Shown: positions 39,880 through 53,040 of the stretch, in pieces
Numbering within the stretch: the first letter of the stretch is position 1
How the letters are laid out: each line of letters begins with the position of its first letter
Assembly: GCF_963921235.1 (NCBI RefSeq)
Contig: NC_086104.1
Coordinates: forward strand, 4,092,001 to 4,156,000
DNA length: 64,000 nucleotides
DNA from: Mobula hypostoma
Taxonomy: Eukaryota
Direction of reading: 5' to 3'
Position numbers and translations under genes: made by a program
The notes under the pieces: generated by a model
What the model was told of the DNA's origin: nothing
Databases searched by the model: none
The model's input: only the letters and a program-made list of their open reading frames with translations

Positions 39880-42800
39880 TTCAGCGCTGCATTGCCACTT
39901 TCAGTTAACAATTGATTAATGCCACAAGATCCCCCTGTATACTAATGCTCCAAGTAGTCCATCCAGTTATTGTATACTGTCATGTACATTTAACCTCCCA
40001 AATTGTAGCACCATACACTAATCAAAATTAATTTTTCTTTCCCAATCTTCAGCCCACGTCTGCAACATTGACCCCTCAGTATCCACTGACACTCTTTTAA
40101 ACAACCCACAATGCCACACATTTCCATTTTTGTGTCATCAGCAAACTGACATATTAGCCCACATAAATCTTCAACTAATATCACAAAAAAGCAGAGGCTG
40201 CAATATGGTTCCTCTTGGAAACCACTAGTCACAGTAACTAGCAGAGTAACAGCCCTTCACCACTCCCATGTCTTCTCTGGCCAGTTTTGAATCCAATCTA
40301 GAATTGCAGGACAGCTGGTGGAGTTATTGTGGAGAATGATATCCTGAAGCCTACCTACAAAGTAAGGAATCAAATTTTCAAGCATGGTGGGACTAATGTT
40401 CTGAGCTGCACATATTCCAATACAGGGAGTATTGTCGGAACGGCAGATGAGCTGAGGGCTTGGATCAGTGTGTAGGATTGCGATATTGTGGTCATTAGTG
40501 AGATTGTTGCAGGAGGGGCAGGACTGGCAGCTCAATGTTCTGGGGTTCTATTGTTTCGAACTGAGATTCCAGACTGTTGCAAGAAACATAAGTTTGTGAT
40601 AGTAGATGATACTAACTTTCCACATATTGATTTGGAATCCCATACAATAAAAGGGTTGGATGGGAAAGAGTTTGTCAAATGTGTTCTGGAAACTTTCCTT
40701 CATCAATGTATAGAGGTTCCACTGAGAGAGAGTGATACTGCATCTTTTATTGAAGTTCAAAGTAAATTTCTTATCTTGGGATTCATTTTCCTGCGCATAT
40801 ACACAGTAAGTACAAAGAAACACAATACAGTCACTGAAAAATCACACACAAGACGAACAAAATACAACAAACTGTGCAAATACAAAATGATAAAAAAAAA
40901 CAAAAAAAAACAACAAATATCAAGAACATGAGATGAAGAGTCTGAAAGTTGTGGGAACAGATCAGAGATGGGGTGAGTGAAGTTGACTGAAGTTATCCCC
41001 TCTGGTTCAAGAGTGTGATGGTTGTGGTGATAACTGTTTCTAAATCTGGTGGTGTGGGTCCTGAGGCTCTTGTACCTCCTCCCTGATAGCAGCAGTGAGA
41101 AAAGAGCATGGTCTGAATGGGAACGTGACAGGGCAGGTGACAAAGTTGTGTGTGGGAATCATTTTGGATCTCGTGATTATATTTACATTAGTTTCAAGAT
41201 AATTATGGAGAAGGGTAAGTCTGGTCCATGGGTTGAGATTCTAAATTGGCGAAAGGCCAATTTTAATGGTGTCATAAAGGATATGGCAAGTGTGGAAGGG
41301 GCAGATTATCTCCTGGTAAAGGCGTTCTTGGAAAATGCCTCAATTTGTGACACATGACTTCAGCCACACAAGATCTGTGGAATCCTCTGGCCAATGAAGC
41401 AGTGGAGGCTATCTAAGTAAATATATTTAAGGACAAGGTTGGATAGATTTTTGGATAGTAGAAGAAGTAAGGGTTATGGGGAAAAGGCAGGTAGGTGGAG
41501 ATAAGTCCATGGTCAGATCAGCCATAATCTTATTGAATGGAGGAGCCGGCTCGACGGGCCAGGAGGCCGACTCCTGCTCCTATTTCTGTGTTCTTATGTA
41601 CAACAATGCTGACTGTTCCTATTAAATCTATGTAAGATCCCATTGCGAAGAACCTTCTTCAGTTATTTCTCTACCACAAATGTAAGGCTCACCAGCCTAT
41701 AATTTCCAGGTTTTCCTTTGATGCCCTTCAATAAACAGAGGAAGAAATTGTCCTCTCTTCACTCACATGGGATCTCACTTGTGACTAAAGAGGACACAAA
41801 GTTTTCCTCTTTTGTCTCTCTCAATAACCTGAGACAGATCCCATCAGGCCCCGGGAACCTACCCAGCTTAATGTTCCTCAACAGACCTGACATCTCTTCC
41901 TCCTTAATATCAATATGACTTAAATCATGGGTTCCCAACCGGGGTCCAAGAACTCTTGGTTAATGAAAGGCTCCATGGCATGGAAAAGGTTGGGAATTCC
42001 TGCCCTCAATCAGCACAACCTTTCCTGATCTCACTGACTCGGAGGTAGAGAATACCACATTCACTAGTCCTTATGAAAAATAGTTAACTTAACCTCAGGT
42101 CGAAACAGCCAACAGATTACACTGAGGCTCTATACCCAACTAGATTCATACAATCACAGAGAAGTACTGAAAAGAAGGAGGCCATTTGGCTCATCTAGTC
42201 TATGCCAAAACCATTTATACTGCTAATTCTTGACGACTTGCACGGGGATCATCGGCCTCCATAACCGTACTATCCAGGTACCTATCGAAACTTCTCTTAA
42301 ACCTTGAAACCTAGCTTGAAAGCACCATGTGTGCTGCCAGCTCACTCCACACACTCATGAACTTCTGAGGGAAGAAGTTTCCTCTCATGTTCCCCTTAAA
42401 CTTTTCACCTATCCCCCTTAATCCATGATCTCTGGTTGTAGTTCCACCCCATCTCATAGAAAAAGCCTGCTTTGATTTACCCTCTCTATACCCTTCATAA
42501 TTTTGTATGCCTTTGACAAATCTCCTCTCAATCTTCTACGTTCTAAAGACGCAGTCCAAACCTATTCAATCTTTCCTTGTAACTCAGGTCCTCCAGACCT
42601 GGCAACATCTTTGTAAAGTTTCTCTGTACTCTTTCAAACTTATTTACGTACATCTTTCCTGCAGATACGTGACCAAACCTGCACACAATACACCAAATTA
42701 GGCTTCACTAACATCTTATACAGCTTCAACATAACAGCCCACCTCCTGTACTCAATACATTAATGAAGGCTAATGTGCCGAAAGCTTTCTTTACAACCAT

Positions 42801-44450
42801 ATCAACCTGTGATGCCACTTTCAATGAATTATGGACCTGTATTCCCAGGTCACTTTCTTCCACAACACTCCTCAGTGCCCTACCGTTCACTGTGTAAGTT
42901 CTACCCTGGACGGTCCTACTGAAGTGCAAAACCTCACACATGTCTGCATTAAATTTCATTGGCCATTTTCTAGCCCATTTTTCTACCTGACGTGGATCTC
43001 TCTGCAAGCTTTGATTATGTTGTATCTAAATGCACGTAGTATAAGAAATATGGAGGATGATTTTGCTGCAGTATTACAGATTGCCAGGTATGATGTTGTG
43101 GCCATCACTGAATCGTGGCTGAAGGATGGTTGTAGTTGGGAACTGAATGTCCAAGGTTACACGGTATATCAGAGGGATAGGAAGATAGGCAGAGGGAGTG
43201 GTGTGGCTCTACTGGTAATGAATGGCATCAAATCAGTAGAAAGATGTGACATTGGGTCAGAAGATGTTGAATCCTTGTGGATTGAGTTAAGAAACTACAA
43301 GGGTAAAAGGACGTTGATGACAGTTATATACAGGCCTCCCAACAGTGGCTGGGAGGTGGACCACAGGTTACAACAGGAAATAGAAAAAGTGAGTCAAAAG
43401 GGCAGTGTTATGGAGGTCATGGAAGATTTTAACATGCCGGTCGATTGGGAAAATCAGGTTGGTAATGGATCTCAAAAGAGTGAGCTTGTTGAATGTCTAA
43501 GAGATAGCTTTTGAGAGCAGTTTGTCGTTGAGCCTACTAGGGGATCAACTATACTAGATTGGGTGTTATGTAATGAACTGGAGCTTAAGGCAAAAGAACC
43601 ATTAGGAACCAGTGATCACAATATGACTGTGTTCAACTTGAACTTCAATAGGGAGAAAGTAAAGCCTGGTGGAGCAGTATTTCAGTGGAGTAAGGGAAAT
43701 TACAGTGGTATGAGAGAGGAGTTGGCTAGAGTAAATTGGAAGGAGCTGCTGGCAGGGATGTCAACAGAGCAGTAATGGTCTGTGTTTTGGGGAAAATGAG
43801 GAAGGTGTATTCCCAAAATGAAGAAATACTCAAATGGTAAATAGTACAACCATGGTTGACAAGGGAAGTCAAGGCTATTGTGAAAGCAAAAGAAAGGGCA
43901 TACTACAGAGCAAAAATTAGTGGGAAGATAGAGGATTGGGAAGTTTTTAAAGACCTACAGAGACCAAGTAAAAAAATCATTAGAAAGGAAAAGATGAAAT
44001 ATGAAAGCAAGCTAGGAAATAATATCAAAGTGGATAGTAAAAGTTTTTTTCAAATATGTTAAAAATAAAAGAAAAATGAGAATGGATATAGGACCACTAG
44101 AAATGAGGCCAGAGAAATAATAACGGGGATAAGGAGATGGCTGCTGAACTAAATGGGTATTTTGCCTCAGTCTGCACTGTGGAAGATGCTAGCAGTGTGC
44201 CAGATGTTGAAGGGTGTGAGGGAAGAGAAGTGGATTCGGCTACTGTTACAAGAGAGAAGGTCCTCAAAAAGCTGAAAGACATGAAGGTACATAAGTCACC
44301 CGGGCCAGATGAACTGCACCCCAGGGTTCAGAAAGAGGTAGTGTTAGTGATTCTGGTGGCGAAATGGAAATGTTCTTTTAAAAACCTAAGATATTACAAT
44401 CTAAGATGCAGAGGGACTTGGGTGTCCTTGTGCAGAACACCCTGAAGGTT
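39880..44450. mobile_element. Stack of old CR1 fragments in both orientations with a nested Rex1 3' end (about 40740-41120)
   Basis: LYLNARSIRN/VAITESWL ORF 42831-43514, DDTNFPHID and KFNADMCEVLHF fragments. Confidence 0.75.
41926..42002. mobile_element. 77-bp hAT-type MITE
   Basis: CATGGGTTCCCAACC...GGTTGGGAATTCCTG termini; 8-bp flanks match at only 5/8. Confidence 0.4.
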
Positions 44451-44454
44451 AAGG

Positions 44455-44705
44455 AAAAGAGATGTCCACTCACAATTTTCTAAATACTAACTTGAAAGGA
44501 TGAGTAATTATGTAATCATTTATTTTGTGTTTAATAACTGTAATAAGTTTAGACCAATTTGCAGAAATTTGTTTACATTTCGACATTAAAAAAGCCTTCT
44601 GTTGATCAGCGTCAAAGGAGCCAAATTAAATCCTCTGTGATTTAATATTTAAAACATGAAAAGTTCCAAGGCAGGGCAGGGTGCAAATAATTTTTATAGG
44701 CACTG
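44455..44705 (+). mobile_element. Tc1-like transposon 3' terminus
   Basis: Ends ...tttttataggcactg|TA, with a typical Tc1 inner repeat region. Confidence 0.6.
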
Positions 44706-44709
44706 TATA

Positions 44710-47230
44710 TCCGGTCCCTGAGAATACCTTCCAATAACTTGCCCCCACTGACGTCAGATTCACCAGCCAATAATTTCCTGCTTCTGTTAGAGCCTTTTTT
44801 AACCAGCAGAACAACATTTGCTGTCCTCCAATCCTCCAGTAACTCTTCTGTCACTAAGGATGTTTTAAATATCTCTACTCGGGCCCCTGCAATTTCTGCA
44901 GTTGCCTCCCGTAGGGCCCAAGGAAACTCCTCATCAGGCCCTGGGGATTTATCCACCCTCATTTTCTTAAGGGTAGCAAGCACCTCCTCCTCTGTAATCT
45001 GTAGAGGTTCCATGAAGTTGATGCTGCTTTGCTTCACTTCTCTGTGTCTGTCTCCCAAGTAAATAGAAATGCCAAAAATGCATTTAAGATCTCCCATATG
45101 GATTAACATTCTGGACTTCCAAAGGACCAATTTTGTCACTTGGAATCCATTTTTCTCTTAACATACTGGGACTTCTGTTCTGGGACCAATACTTTTCGTG
45201 ATTTTCATTAACGACCTGGATGTGGGGGTAGAAGGGTGGGTTGGCAAGTTTGCAGACGACACAAAGGTTGGTGGTGTTGTGGATAGTGTAGAGGATTGTC
45301 AAAGATTGCAGAGAGACATTGATAGGATGCAGAAGTGGGCTGAGAAGTGGCAGATGGAGTTCAACCCGGAGAAGTGTGAGGTGGTACACTTTGGAAGGAC
45401 AAACTCCAAGGCAGAGTACAAAGTAAATGGCAGGATACTTGGTAGTGTGGAGGAACAGAGGGAACTGGCAGTACATGTCCACAGATCCCTGAAAGTTGCC
45501 TCACAGGTGGATAGGGTAGTTAAGAAAGCTTATGGGGTATTAGCTTTCATAAGTCGAGGGATAGAGTTTAAGAGTTGCGATGTAATAACTCTGGTTAGGC
45601 CACACTTGGAGTACTGTGTCCAGTTCTGGTCGCCTCACTATAGGAAGGATGTGGAAGAGAGTATGCATTATGATCAGAGATTAAGGGAGCTAGGGCTTTA
45701 CTCTTTGGAGAGAAGGAGGATGAGAGGAGACATGATAGAGGTGTACAAGATAATAAGAGGAATAGATAAGAGTGGATAGCCAGCGCCTCTTCCCCAGGGC
45801 ACCACTGCTCAATACAAGAGGACATGGCTTTAAGGTAAGGGGTGGGAAGTTCAAGTGGGATATTAGGGGAAGGTTTTTTACTCAGAGAGTGGTTGGTTCA
45901 TGGAATGCACTGCCTGAGTCAGTGGTGGAGGCAGATACACTCGTGAAGTTTAAGAGACTACCAGACAGGTATATGGAGGAACTTAAGGTGGGGGCTTATA
46001 TGGGAGGCAGTGTTTGAGGGTCGGCACAACATTGTGGGCCAAAGGGCCTGTACTGTGCTGTACTATTCTATGTTCTATGTTCTATGTATACCTGTAGAAT
46101 CCTTTACGATTCTCCTTCACCTTGTCTGCAACTTCACACTTTTGTTTAGCCTTCCTGATTTCTTTCTTAAGTGTTCTCTTGCATTTCTATACTCCATAAA
46201 CACCTCATTTTTTTATGCCTGCTATACACCCTTTATCTCTGAACCAGGGCCTCAATACCTCTTGAAAAGCAAGGTTTCATTCACTAGGGTCTGTGGTGTT
46301 AGTCACAGAGTATTACAGCACAAACAAAGGCCCTTCAGCCTGACTGGACATTGCTGACTACAGCATCCTCCCTGCTGGTCCTAGTTACCTGTGTTTGGAA
46401 CATAAACCTCCAAGCACCTATTGAAATGTCTCAGAGGTTGCAATTGGATCCAGCTTGACCTCTTCCTCTGACATCTTATTCCAGATACTAAGTACCCCCA
46501 CTGTAAAGAAGTTACCCCTCAGGTCTCTTTTAATGCCTCTTATCTTGTACCTGTCTCTTCAAGGTTTGGACTTTCCAACTCTGGGGAAAGGACAGTGATT
46601 GTCTACATTATCCATACTCCTCCTGATTTTACTAACTGCTCTGAGGTCACCTCTCGTTCTCCAGTTTTCCGGGGAATAAAGATCAAGTGTGACCAATCTC
46701 TCCCTATAACTCAGGCCCTCTCATCCAGGCAGCATCTCCATAAATCTCTTCAGCACTGTTTCCAGCTTGACAATGTCATTCTGCTAACAGAGTGACCAAA
46801 ACTGTACACAGTACTCCAAGTCTCACCAATAATTTACACAAATGGACCATACTCTGTCAAATCTTACTCTCAATGTCCTGGCTGATGGTTAAATGCTTTC
46901 TTTGCCAAGCTGTCTGCCTGTGATGCCACTTTCAACAAACTATACACTTGCACTCCGAGATCCCTCTGTTCCATTACTCTAGCTGGTGCTCTACCATTCA
47001 TAGTACAATCCTCTCACTTTCCAAATTACATCACTTCACTCTTATCTAAGCTGAAATCATAGGTTTAAATTCAAGTACATTTATTATCAAAGTATGTATA
47101 CATTATACAACCTTGAGATTCGTCTCCTAACAGGCAACCACGAAACAAAGAAACCCAAAAGAAACAATTTTAAAAAAGACCGTCAAACACCCAGTGTGCA
47201 GAGAAAACAAAAGATATCATGCAAACAATA
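44710..47230. mobile_element. CR1 fragments (family B copy 45172-46085 on +) and Rex1 3' end
   Basis: RT ORF 45198-45779 with ttctatg tail; flanking minus-strand CR1 pieces. Confidence 0.8.
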
Positions 47231-48071
47231 AATGCAAACAAACAGTGTGCTGATGGTCCACAGAGAGAGTTTGTTCATGGACCCTTGGTACAGCACAGAG
47301 CAGGGCAACGAACTGAACCTGCCCAACCCTCACCTCGGGCACCGACAGCCTGACCCTTTCAATGTGGTCAGCACCGAAATCATCATCCAAACGTCAGTTT
47401 CAGTCATTTCTGTATGCTCCAGTACTTGGACCATGATATCTTGATTCGGCCTGTACCCAACCTTTCTGATTCAGCCCAGTGCTTTAAAAACATCGGGTTT
47501 ATCACCATTCCTCATCCCATCGCTGATGATCCAGATCTCCTTGCAATCAATGAGGAACCGATTGTATAGGTGCTAATGTTGTGTAAATTACAGAAACAGA
47601 GTCTGGAGACCGGCTAGCCAAGTGTGATTAGATTTACTGTGTAAATTTGAATTGTAACCTTACGTTGGTGGAGACGTTGTAAGGAACAGCTCCCTTTAAA
47701 TTTATGAATTGTAGGCAATGACTAGTTTTGAGTTCTTTGTGTTTGATCAGTACTAAACTCTCTACCTAATATAATGATATGAGTGGAGGAGAATATTTAA
47801 CATAAATGAGCATCAAGGTCATCACAACATCAAGGCCAGATGTCCTGTCCAGTTCTGTACTGTTCCACGTTCAATTTGAAGTGGGTGGTGATTACCTGAA
47901 GCACATATTTATCACCCATCATTGGTCTCACCTGAACTCTGTAAACTCGGGAACAGCTGCAACATAATATTAATATCAGAAGCAATAAGTGTTTGTACTT
48001 TCACTAGAGGTCATGTAACAAAAGATGTCTGCTTCAAGCTGGGGTTGAAGTGACGATATTCTCCCTTACAG

Positions 48072-48425
48072 GTGCAGACATTCCTGTCCTTATCCAGTCC
48101 CCGAATATACAGCGTGTCAGTGAGGGTCACACGGCGTGGTTTTGCTGTACCATCAGCAATATCAGACCAGAAGTCATTGACCTCCACTGGTATCGGAAAC
48201 TACCTGGGCAGAACATGAAGACCATAGAGTTGGTTTATACACACAGGGCAAGAAGCAGCACAGAGAAGGAATACCGTTTGAGTGAGAGGTTCCAACCCTA
48301 CAGAAACACGTCCAACAGCAGCTTCACCCTGACAGTCACAGACGTGGTGCACAGTGATTCTGCCGTCTATTACTGCAGAACGTGGGGATCCATCAACGGG
48401 AATGGCGCCCAACTCATCGTAACCA
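48072..48425 (+). CDS. V1 exon: V-set domain with joined J-like strand
   Basis: Acceptor ttctcccttacag|, donor A|GTGAGT. Encodes IQSP, B-strand Cys, WYR, RF, DSAVYYC and GNGAQLIVT. 354 nt, phase 1-1, open. Confidence 0.92.
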
Positions 48426-50641
48426 GTGAGTACAAGTTCTATTTATTCAGCAGTGTGTTCCTGCATTGGGAGTTATTCCACCACCACTCACTTCCCGTGG
48501 CTGGGCACATTGTACTGAAGAACACACAGTGTAATACTGGAGCCCCATCACTGGGACACGATCCAGAGCACTGTGGCCCCTAACTCATGGGTGGAGAGCA
48601 CCAACATGGTGACTGACCGTCTGCTCTGTGTGTCCAGTTGGATATTTGAAAATAAATGTCAATGTGGAGTGTGTTATCACAGGAGACAAAAGGAGAAGCT
48701 GTTCAGTGTTCAGAGTCATAGATGAGGCTCTCTAAAATCTCAACCATCTCTTCCAAAAGCTCCGAAACTGTGGAATTCAAAACCTAAAACAATAAGGGAT
48801 GTAGAATCAGTTACACTTTTAACTGCCAACTATTTATTTCACAATTAACATATTTTCAAAGATCAAACAAAGTAAATTTATTTTCAAAGTCCATATATGT
48901 CACCATATTCAACCCTGCGATTCATTTTCTTGCGGGCATACTCCATAAGTCCACAACAGAATAATCACCGTTGTAGAATCAATGAAAGACTGCAATAACT
49001 TGCTCTTGGATGCGAGATGGTGTCAGAGAATCATGGTGACATTCTCTGGGCTACGTGTATCTTTTTGTCTTTAATTTTCATGTTTATTTCTATTTTTTCA
49101 TTTTATTTTCATGTTTGCCCTTTCACTCTTTTTAAAGCACTTTGAAATACACTGTCTGTATGAAGAATGCTCAACGAATAAGTTATTATTATTATTATTA
49201 CAGCTCAGCACTGTACAAAGGTGCCTGACTAAAAGCCTGGGCTGGTGAAGGATTTAGATGAACCAAATCAATTTAAGACAGGGTTGGATAGGTTTTTGCA
49301 TATTGGGAATTAAGGGTTATGGGGAAATAGCAGGTAGGTGGAGATGAGTCCATGGCCAGATCAGCCATGATCTTATTGAATGGATGAGCGGGTTCGGTGG
49401 GCCAGATGGCCGACTCCTACTCATTTTTCTTCTGTTTTTGGGTTAATTCTCCCTCCTCATTCAAACATTGTTAATTCTACCACTCACTGAACAGAAATGT
49501 GGAAGTTGTTTAGGGACCACTTCCATGGAGTTCTGGATAGCTTTGTCCCCTTGAGTCAGGGAAAGGAAGGGAGGGTGAAGGAACCATGGTTGACAAGAGA
49601 AGTGGAACATCTGGTGAAGAGGAAGAAGGAAGTACACTTAACATTTATGAAGTAAAACATCAGACGGGGCTCTGGAGAGTTATAAGGAAGAATCTTCGGT
49701 TGGGAGAAGCATCACTGCCTGGTTCGGGAATTGCACTGTCTCGGATCGCAAGACTCTGCAGTGGATAGTGAGGTCAGCTGAGAAGATCATTAGGGTCTCT
49801 CTTCCCGCCATTTCAGACATTTACACTACACGCCGCACCCGTAAAGCCAACAGCATTGTGAGGGACCCCACGCACCCCTCATACAAACTCTTCTCCCTCC
49901 TGCCATCTGGCAAAAGGTACTGAAGCATTTGCATCTCATGACAGTTGTGCAACAGTTTCTTCCCCCAAGCCATCAGACTTCTTCATACCCAGAGAGTAGA
50001 CTGACATCTACATAATTTATTATCATATTGTAATTTGTCCTCTACTGTGCCTCTTGTCGTGTTTATTATTTATTCACCCTGTATTGTTTTGTGCACTTCA
50101 TGTAGTCCTGTGTAGGTCTGCAGTCTAGTGTAGTTTTTGTGTTGTCTTACGTAGTCTAGTGTAGTTTTGTGTTGTTCCATGTAGTACCATGGTCCTGGAG
50201 GAACGTTGTTTCATTTTTACTGTGTACGGTACCAGCAGCTTATGGTCAAAATGACAATTAAATGCGACTTGACTTGACTCAACTTGACTTGGGAGAGCTG
50301 GAAGGAGCCTTGGGGAGTAGGAATAAGGAAATCCTCAAGGCATTCTACACATACCTGAAGAACAGGAGAATGACTAGACTGAGGGTAGGACTGATCAGGG
50401 ATAAAGGGAAAAATATTATCAACCGATGCCACATGATCTTCAGAACTCTCTCCAAACTGTACCAGACCCCATGACCGTAGGGCAGCCAGAACATCAGAAC
50501 CAGCCAGATATCACTGACTTCAGTAAAGAACTTGGAACTAACATTTATTTAAATATTAGAAATTGTTAAATGCTGGGGAAATACACTGCCTTGTATTGAG
50601 CTCCATAAATATACATTAATGTCTACATATCCAACACACAG

Positions 50642-50989
50642 ATCCCGCGGATGATCCCGTCCTTGTGCAGGATCCACCAATCAGCAAGGTGCCGGAGGGT
50701 GTAACTGTCCAGCTCCACTGTGCCTTGTATAATGCCAGTGTGACTGTCACCGATGTCCAGTGGTACCACCAGCGGCCGGGGAACAAGAGCGAGTGGGCGT
50801 TGAGTCACTTTGTGAATGACTCTGTGAGCAGGTCTGGGTGTATCTCTGACCGTTTTCAGTCTTACAGGAATGTTGTGAGTAACAGTTACATTCTGACCAT
50901 CAGTAACACATCTATTAGTGACACTGCAGTGTACAACTGCAGTGTGTGGAGTTACATCTACGGAGGAGGAACACAGCTCAATGTAACTG
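50642..50989 (+). CDS. V2 exon: V-set domain with joined J-like strand
   Basis: Acceptor caacacacag|, donor G|GTAAGT. Encodes VLVQDP, LHC, WYHQRPG, DRF, DTAVYNC and YGGGTQLNVT. 348 nt, phase 1-1, open. Confidence 0.92.
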
Positions 50990-51947
50990 GTAAGTCAACG
51001 TCAGTTCACACCGACAATAACAGCATCTCAGTATTCAACCTTCACACGATGACTGTCAGACACAGGGGGTTCTGTAATGTCCCCAGTAGAACAGAGAGTC
51101 GGATGGTTTTCCCTGGAGTGTAAACTGGGAATAGTTGGGAAATGGAAAAGAGGGAAAGGACAAGTACTCTGGAATAATATAGAAAATCTTGGCAAATCAT
51201 TTTGTGGATGAACAGGTTTTTCTCTATACCTCAGTACGTGTGACAATAATAAACCAATTTACTAAGAGCTCGCCCTGTGGGTGTGAGTTGTCAGAACTGG
51301 ACGATGTTACCAATCAGAAAAACAGTCAGAACAAGTGGACGGGAGAAGAGGATAAAATGATGTGTGTAAAAGAAATAGACTGGCCATTAAATTCAAAGTA
51401 AGTAAGAGAATATAATTAATGGTAGAAAGGACACTATTAGAGTCATCGAGTCACAGTAAAGTACAGTAGTCCCTTCAGTCCATCGAGTCTGTGTTGAACG
51501 ATTTAAGCTGCTTATTCCCATTGACCGGCACTGAGACTTCCATACCCTGATCATCCACGTACCTATCCAAACTTCTCGTAAACTTTCGGATCAAGCTTGC
51601 ATGCACCACTTGTGCTGGCAGCTCGTTCCACACTCTCACCACCTTCTGAGTAAAGAAGATTTCCTTCACGTTCCACTTAAACTTTTCACCTTCACCCTCA
51701 ATCCATGTCATCCAGTGGTATTTCTACCCAACCTCAGTGGAAGAAGCCTGTTTACATTTACCCTATCTAACCCCCCCCCCACAATTTTGTATCTCTCCAT
51801 CAAATCTCCCCTCAATTTTCTACATTCTAAGGAATGAAGATGTAACCTCTTAAATCTTTCCTTAGAGCTCAAATCCTCTAGTTCTGATGTCATCCTTGAA
51901 AATCTTCTCTGTACTCTTTCAACCTTATTTACGTCTTTCCAAAACTA

Positions 51948-52163
51948 TGAGGGGTGATTGATAAGTTTGTGGCCTGCGGTAGAAGGAGTTCTGTTATACA
52001 GCTCTCGTTACATACATGTGCAATTCAACTCTTTGAGTGATTATGAAGAAAGTTTGAAGTTAATAACTTTTGTGGTATTTCTGTTTCAGATCATTGAAAA
52101 TTGATAGGTTTTCTAAAATGGTCTCCTTCTACCTTAGGCCACAAACTTATCAATCACCCCTCG
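51948..52163. mobile_element. Mariner-type MITE, 216 bp, inside a CR1 fragment
   Basis: 41-bp TIRs (t/c)GAGGGGTGATTGATAAGTTTGTGGCCT..GGTAGAAGGAG with 3 mismatches; TA on the left, AA on the right. Confidence 0.85.
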
Positions 52164-52303
52164 AATGTACAATACTCCAAATTACGCTCACCAACATTGT
52201 ATACAACTTCAACATAACATTCCATCTCCTGTACTCAGTACTTTGATTTATGAATACCAACGAGCCAAAAGTTTTCTTTCTGACCCTATCTACCTGTGAC
52301 AAC

Positions 52304-53040
52304 TTCCAATGATTGCAGCAGTTCTGTCAATAGCTGATAGTGTTCCTGCTTGGTTTCAGTCTGCATATTGTACCAAGCACTCGGGTTTTGAAAACCCTTT
52401 ACCTAAGCGTTGGTGAAATATAGATGGGGAAATATGGGACCCCGTTGTAGGGCAGTCCATGTATACTGCTGATCCAGAAAGTTAAATGCAAATTTGTATT
52501 GACACTGTCGTTCTAGTGGGATAGACCAAAGTCCATTATTTACGTCTAAAACTGTGAACCATTGTGCTCTTTCATTCTGTTTGACCACCGTCTCCCGGCA
52601 AGTTACTACAGTTGGGGCTGTTAACGGACTTACTTCATTCAGCTCTCAATAGTCTATTGTCAGTCTCTAACTACCATCTGGTTTCCTCACTGGCCACATG
52701 GGTGAGTTGTTAGTGGAGGCTACTGGCCTCAGTACCCCTTGTTGTACCAGACACTGTATTACCTTACCGACATCTTTCTCTGCTTTTTTTTTTGGAAACC
52801 TATATTGCTTTTGGGGTTTGGGGTCTGGAACTTGTATGCACACACTGCCAGACATCTTTCCACATTTATGCTTGTGCCTTGCAGATACCCGCGAGTCCTG
52901 TGCAATAACTTGCTGCACCGTCTGATCATTGCTCATCTCCTCTGGTTTTATCCACATTTCACCCACTGTACATACTCTATCCTGATATTCTCCTGCTGGG
53001 ATCTGCTCTCTATGGGACAGCCCGAAATTCGTGAGAAGTA
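52304..53040 (-). mobile_element. ERV relic: protease end and RT (to just past YxDD), degenerate
   Basis: KQYRFP...NSPMWPVRKPDGS*RLTIDY*ELN...WFTVLDVNNGLWSIPL...QYTWT...LVQYAD. Confidence 0.85.

Noticed and set aside
48350-48356. Perfect RSS heptamer CACAGTG inside V1 (also 56144-56150 in V3)
   Set aside because: It encodes V-H-S-D in framework 3. The sequences at 12-nt (attactgca) and 23-nt (acgtgggga) spacing do not resemble the ACAAAAACC nonamer, and there is no partner RSS.
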